Shown here piece by piece: positions 59,740 to 64,000 of a stretch of 64,000 bases of DNA. The notes beneath the pieces were generated by a model. That model saw only the letters and a list, made by a program, of their open reading frames with translations, made no database searches and was not told the origin of the DNA. The stretch spans positions 28,396,001-28,460,000 of the forward strand of contig OZ024763.1 in NCBI GenBank assembly GCA_964016885.1, written 5' to 3'. Both the position numbers and the translations under genes were made by a program. Source of the stretch: Eledone cirrhosa (lineage: Eukaryota). Each line of letters starts with the position of its first letter. The first letter of the stretch is position 1.

Positions 59740-59950
59740 GCAAGTAGAAGGGAGAGAGAACGTGAGATGGGAGACACACATACATGTATGTGTCTCTCCT
59801 ATCTCAGGTTCTCTCTCTCTTCTACTTACACAGACACGCACGCGCACACACACACACACAGTCTACAGTCAACACACACACAATCTACATTCTCCCTCCC
59901 CTCAGCCACAATAACCTTCCACCACCACCACAAAAATTCAGCCACAAATA

Positions 59951-60030
59951 CAGGGTGACCCCCCCAAAATGCATACACATATTTATAAGAATATTGTTGA
60001 AGCGTGTATACATTTTGGGGGGACACCCTG
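59951..60030. mobile_element. Tc1/mariner-type MITE (paralog)
   Basis: TA|CAGGGTG ... CACCCTG|TA. Confidence 0.8.
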
Positions 60031-60106
60031 TATATGGTACATAAACTAAATAAATAAAACTCATAAATTAATCTTCTGACCCCTGGTGGTATTTCTTTCT
60101 TAGTAG

Positions 60107-60249
60107 GAGGAAACAACTGGTCACTACCAAATAGAAATTTATGTGCCAGAGGGAACAAGTGATGCTATTGATCAAACACAAGCCAGGAGTATCATCTGCC
60201 CCTCTCCTGCACTGAAGGAGTCTACCAGTGTTGATGTTTATACCAACAG
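60107..60249 (+). CDS. exon E2 paralog
   Basis: EETTGHYQIEIYVPEGTSDAIDQTQARSIICPSPALKESTSVDVYTN, same splice sites. Confidence 0.7.
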
Positions 60250-60336
60250 GTTTGTTATATCTATATTATCTATACATATTAGTACATTGGTCAAGTAGTA
60301 TATTTGATTCTTATATATATATATATCTTTTCATAC

Positions 60337-60776
60337 GTCTGAGTTTTCCTGCTTGCAAGGGTGGGACGGGTCCTATTCAGCACAGCATCTCTCCATCGTC
60401 ACTGTCCTTCGTCGTCATCTGTGAGTTTCAGCGATCTGAGGTCAGCTCTCACCACTCCCGCCCATGATTTTCGTGGTCTTCCTCTACTGCATCTTCCTTC
60501 TATTGGGATTTCTTGGCACTTCTTTACCCAGCGGGTAAAGAAGTGTCCATACCATCGCAGTCTTCTCTCCTGCACACCACAACTTATCCCTCTTATACCC
60601 AGTTTCTTTTTCAACTCGTCTATACTTGGTCGTTCACACACATTGACATTGCACATCCAACGGAGCATGCTTGATTCATTTCTCTCCAGCCGTCGCATAT
60701 CCTCCGCAGTTGCTACCCATCTCACACAGGCATCATATAACTGGCTTTTCGTTCGTAGGGAGAAACCCTTTGTCAA
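60337..60776 (-). mobile_element. RTE-clade LINE fragment (paralog, 125-aa open C-terminus)
   Basis: FSLRTKSQLYDACVR...RRLERNESSMLRWMC...ERRLRWYGH...RGRPRKSW. Confidence 0.9.
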
Positions 60777-61519
60777 CAGAATGATATAGAAATGACTTCT
60801 ACAGGACTAGAACTTTCATTTCAAGGAAATCGGGGCTTTCCTGATGATTTACTTCGAATGAAATATTTCTAGTCCTGTAGAAGCTATTTCTATATTATAT
60901 TTTGTATATACTCTACTAATGTATTGAGTACTTTACCTACTGTGGTTTCCCCCTCGATTGAACCAGAGACTCTCACACACACAGATAATATATATATATA
61001 TATATATATAATCACAATTTAATGTCCATTTTTCTACGCTAGCATGGGTTAGACGAGTTGTCCTATTGTGGGCAATGCCAGGTCAGGTGACCATGTCTTG
61101 CTCATACAGAACTGATCTTGGCTTCGCTTTAACAGCTGGAAGCCTTTCAAAACGCTAACCTCATTTACAGTGAGTATTGTTTATTTTGTATGTCGTGACC
61201 CCTACACCTTGGTCAAAATCAGTGACTCCTACACCTTGGTCGGAGCAGTGATCTCTAGTTTTCTTTCAAACTATATTTCTTTTCTTAAATTTAATTAAAA
61301 GAAATTTTATTAGATTTAGTTTGGGATAATTCTGTTTACATAAATAGCAAATCTTTTGATAATTTATGTAAAGTAAATATTGTATATACTTGTATATATG
61401 TCGATAAATGTGACAAAATATTGATGGTAAAATAGGGAGGAGGACTTGTCTTCGAGGTCAATATTTTGATTTCACCAACTTAAAAATTATATGTAAATGA
61501 GGTGCTGAAATATTTTCGC

Positions 61520-64000
61520 TTTGGAGATGAATGTTGCACCAGTTTCAATTTGGAGGTGAATATTACACCAGTTTCACTTTGGAGGTGAATATTACACCAG
61601 TTTCACTTTGGAGGTGAATATTACACCAGTTTCACTTTGGAATATTACACAAGTTTCACATTGGAATATTACACCAGTTTCACTTTGGAATATTACCCCA
61701 GTTTCACTTTGTAGGTGAATATATTACACCAGTTTTACTTTGCAGGTGAATATATTACACCAGTTTTACTTTCGATGTGGATATATTACACCAGTTTCAC
61801 TTTCGATGTGGATATATTACACCAGTTTCACTTTGCAGGTGAATATATTACACCAGTTTCACTTTGGAATATTACACTAGTTTCACTTTGGAATATTGCA
61901 CCAGTTTCACTTTGGAATATTACACCAGTTTACACTTTGGAGGTGAATATTACACCAGTTTACACTTTCGAGGTGAATATTACACCAGTTTCACTTTGGA
62001 ATATTACACCAGTTTACACTTTGGAGGTGAATATTACACCAGATTACACTTTGGAGGTGAATATTACACCAGTTTCACTTTGGAATATTACACCATTTTA
62101 TACTTTGGAGGTGAATATTACACCAGTTTCACTTTGGAATATTACACCAGTTTACACTTTGGAGGTGAATATTACACCAGATTACACTTTGGAGGTGAAT
62201 ATTACACCAGTTTCACTTTGGAATATTACACCATTTTACACTTTGGAGGTGAATATTACACCAGTTTCACTTTGGAATATTACACCCGTTTACACTTTGG
62301 AGGTGAATATTACACCAGTTTCTCTTTGGAATATTACACCAGTTTCTCTTTGGAATATTACACCAGTTTCACTTTGGAATATTACACCAGTTTCACTTTG
62401 GAATATTACACCAGTTTACACTTTGGAGGTGAATATTACATAAGTTTCACTTTGGAATATTACACCAGTTTACACTTTGGAGGTGAATATTACACCAGTT
62501 TCACTTTGGAATATTGCACCAGTTTCACTTTGGAGGTGGATATATTACACCAGTTTCACTTTGGATGTGGATATATTACACCAGTTTCACTTTGGATGTG
62601 GATATATTACCCCAGTTTCACTTTGTAGGTGAATATATTACACCAGTTTTACTTTGCAGGTGAATATATTACACCAGTTTTACTTTCGATGTGGATATAT
62701 TACACCAGTTTCACTTTCGATGTGGATATATTACACCAGTTTCACTTTCGATGTGGATATATTACACCAGTTTCACTTTGCAGGTGAATATATTACACCA
62801 GTTTCACTTTGGAATATTACACTAGTTTCACTTTGGAATATTGCACCAGTTTCACTTTGGAATATTACACCAGTTTACACTTTGGAGGTGAATATTACAC
62901 TAGTTGCACTTTGGAATATTACACCAGTTTACACTTTCGAGGTGAATATTACACCAGTTTCACTTTGTAGGTGTATATTACACCAGTTTCACTTTGGAAT
63001 ATTACTCCAGTTTCACTTTGGAATATTACACCAGTTTCACTTTGGAATATTACACCAGTTTCACTTTGGTGCTGGATATATTACACCAGTTTCACTTTGG
63101 AATATTACACCAGTTTACACTTTGGAGGTGAATATTACACCAGATTACACTTTGGCGGTGAATATTACACCAGTTTCACTTTGGAATATTACACCATTTT
63201 ATACTTTGGAGGTGAATATTACACCAGTTTCACTTTGGAATATTACACCAGTTTACACTTTGGAGGTGAATATTACACCAGATTACACTTTGGAGGTGAA
63301 TATTACACCAGTTTCACTTTGGAATATTACACCATTTTACACTTTGGAGGTGAATATTACACCAGTTTCACTTTGGAATATTACACCCGTTTACACTTTG
63401 GAGGTGAATATTACACCAGTTTCTCTTTGGAATATTACACCAGTTTCACTTTGGAATATTACACCAGTTTCACTTTGGAATATTACACCAGTTTACACTT
63501 TGGAGGTGAATATTACATAAGTTTCACTTTGGAATATTACACCAGTTTACACTTTGGAGGTGAATATTACACCAGTTTCACTTTGGAATATTGCACCAGT
63601 TTCACTTTGGAGGTGGATATATTACACCAGTTTCACTTTGGATGTGGATATATTACACCAGTTTCACTTTGGATGTGGATATATTACACCAGTTTCACTT
63701 TGCAGGTGAATATATTACACCAGTTTCACTTTGGAATATTACACCAGTTTACACTTTGGAGGTGAATATTACACAAGTTTCACTTTGGAATATTACACCA
63801 GTTTACACTTTGGAGGTGAATATTACACCATTTTACACTTTGGAGGTGAATATTACACCAGTTTCACTTTGGAATATTACACCAGTTTCACTTTGGAATA
63901 TTACACCAGTTTCACTTTGCAGGTGAATATATTACACCAGTTTCACTTTGCAGGTGAATATATTACACCAGTTTCACTTTGCAGGTGAATATATTACACC
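61520..64000 (+). repeat. acceptor-junction minisatellite, second array (over 2.4 kb, runs off the window)
   Basis: Same 24/29/30/31-bp units as 20712-22160. Confidence 0.95.

Larger units (their letters stand above)
57205..64000 (+). repeat. second copy of the block starting at 16676 (~40.5-kb offset segmental/tandem duplication)
   Basis: Collinear Penelope remnant, CORE-like SINE, E1, both MITEs, E2, RTE fragment, palindrome and minisatellite. Confidence 0.95.

Noticed and set aside
61715-63988. ORFs of 240-290 aa in the minisatellite as independent genes
   Set aside because: They arise from runs of 24/30-bp units with non-ATG starts, and matter only as possible extensions of E3.

Overview
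Repeat-dense, AT-rich eukaryotic DNA. The SINE, MITE and RTE families look like those of an octopod cephalopod (inference from recognition). Nearly all long ORFs in the supplied track are artefacts of (TA)n, CT-rich and minisatellite repeats. Layout: a 124-bp satellite apparently made from an RTE LINE C-terminal coding fragment (1-820); microsatellites, a SINE and a ~78-bp repeat; a 200-N gap; then a ~10-kb TA array. From ~16.7 kb there is a + strand spliced gene fragment whose joined exons (E1-E4, canonical AG/GT) give a CUB-like peptide. The E3 acceptor junction is itself amplified into a 24-31-bp minisatellite. The E3+E4 cassette occurs in five tandem copies separated by 2.5-4.3-kb pyrimidine-rich tracts, and the three middle copies carry a +1 A that makes the cassette frame-neutral. 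Next come three ~5.4-6-kb tandem units with tRNA-Glu-like Pol III repeats in a foldback. The block starting at 16,676 then restarts at 57,205 (~40.5-kb duplication). Penelope remnants with degenerate hammerhead-like motifs, MITEs and a head-to-head SINE insertion are also present. No gene can be named.
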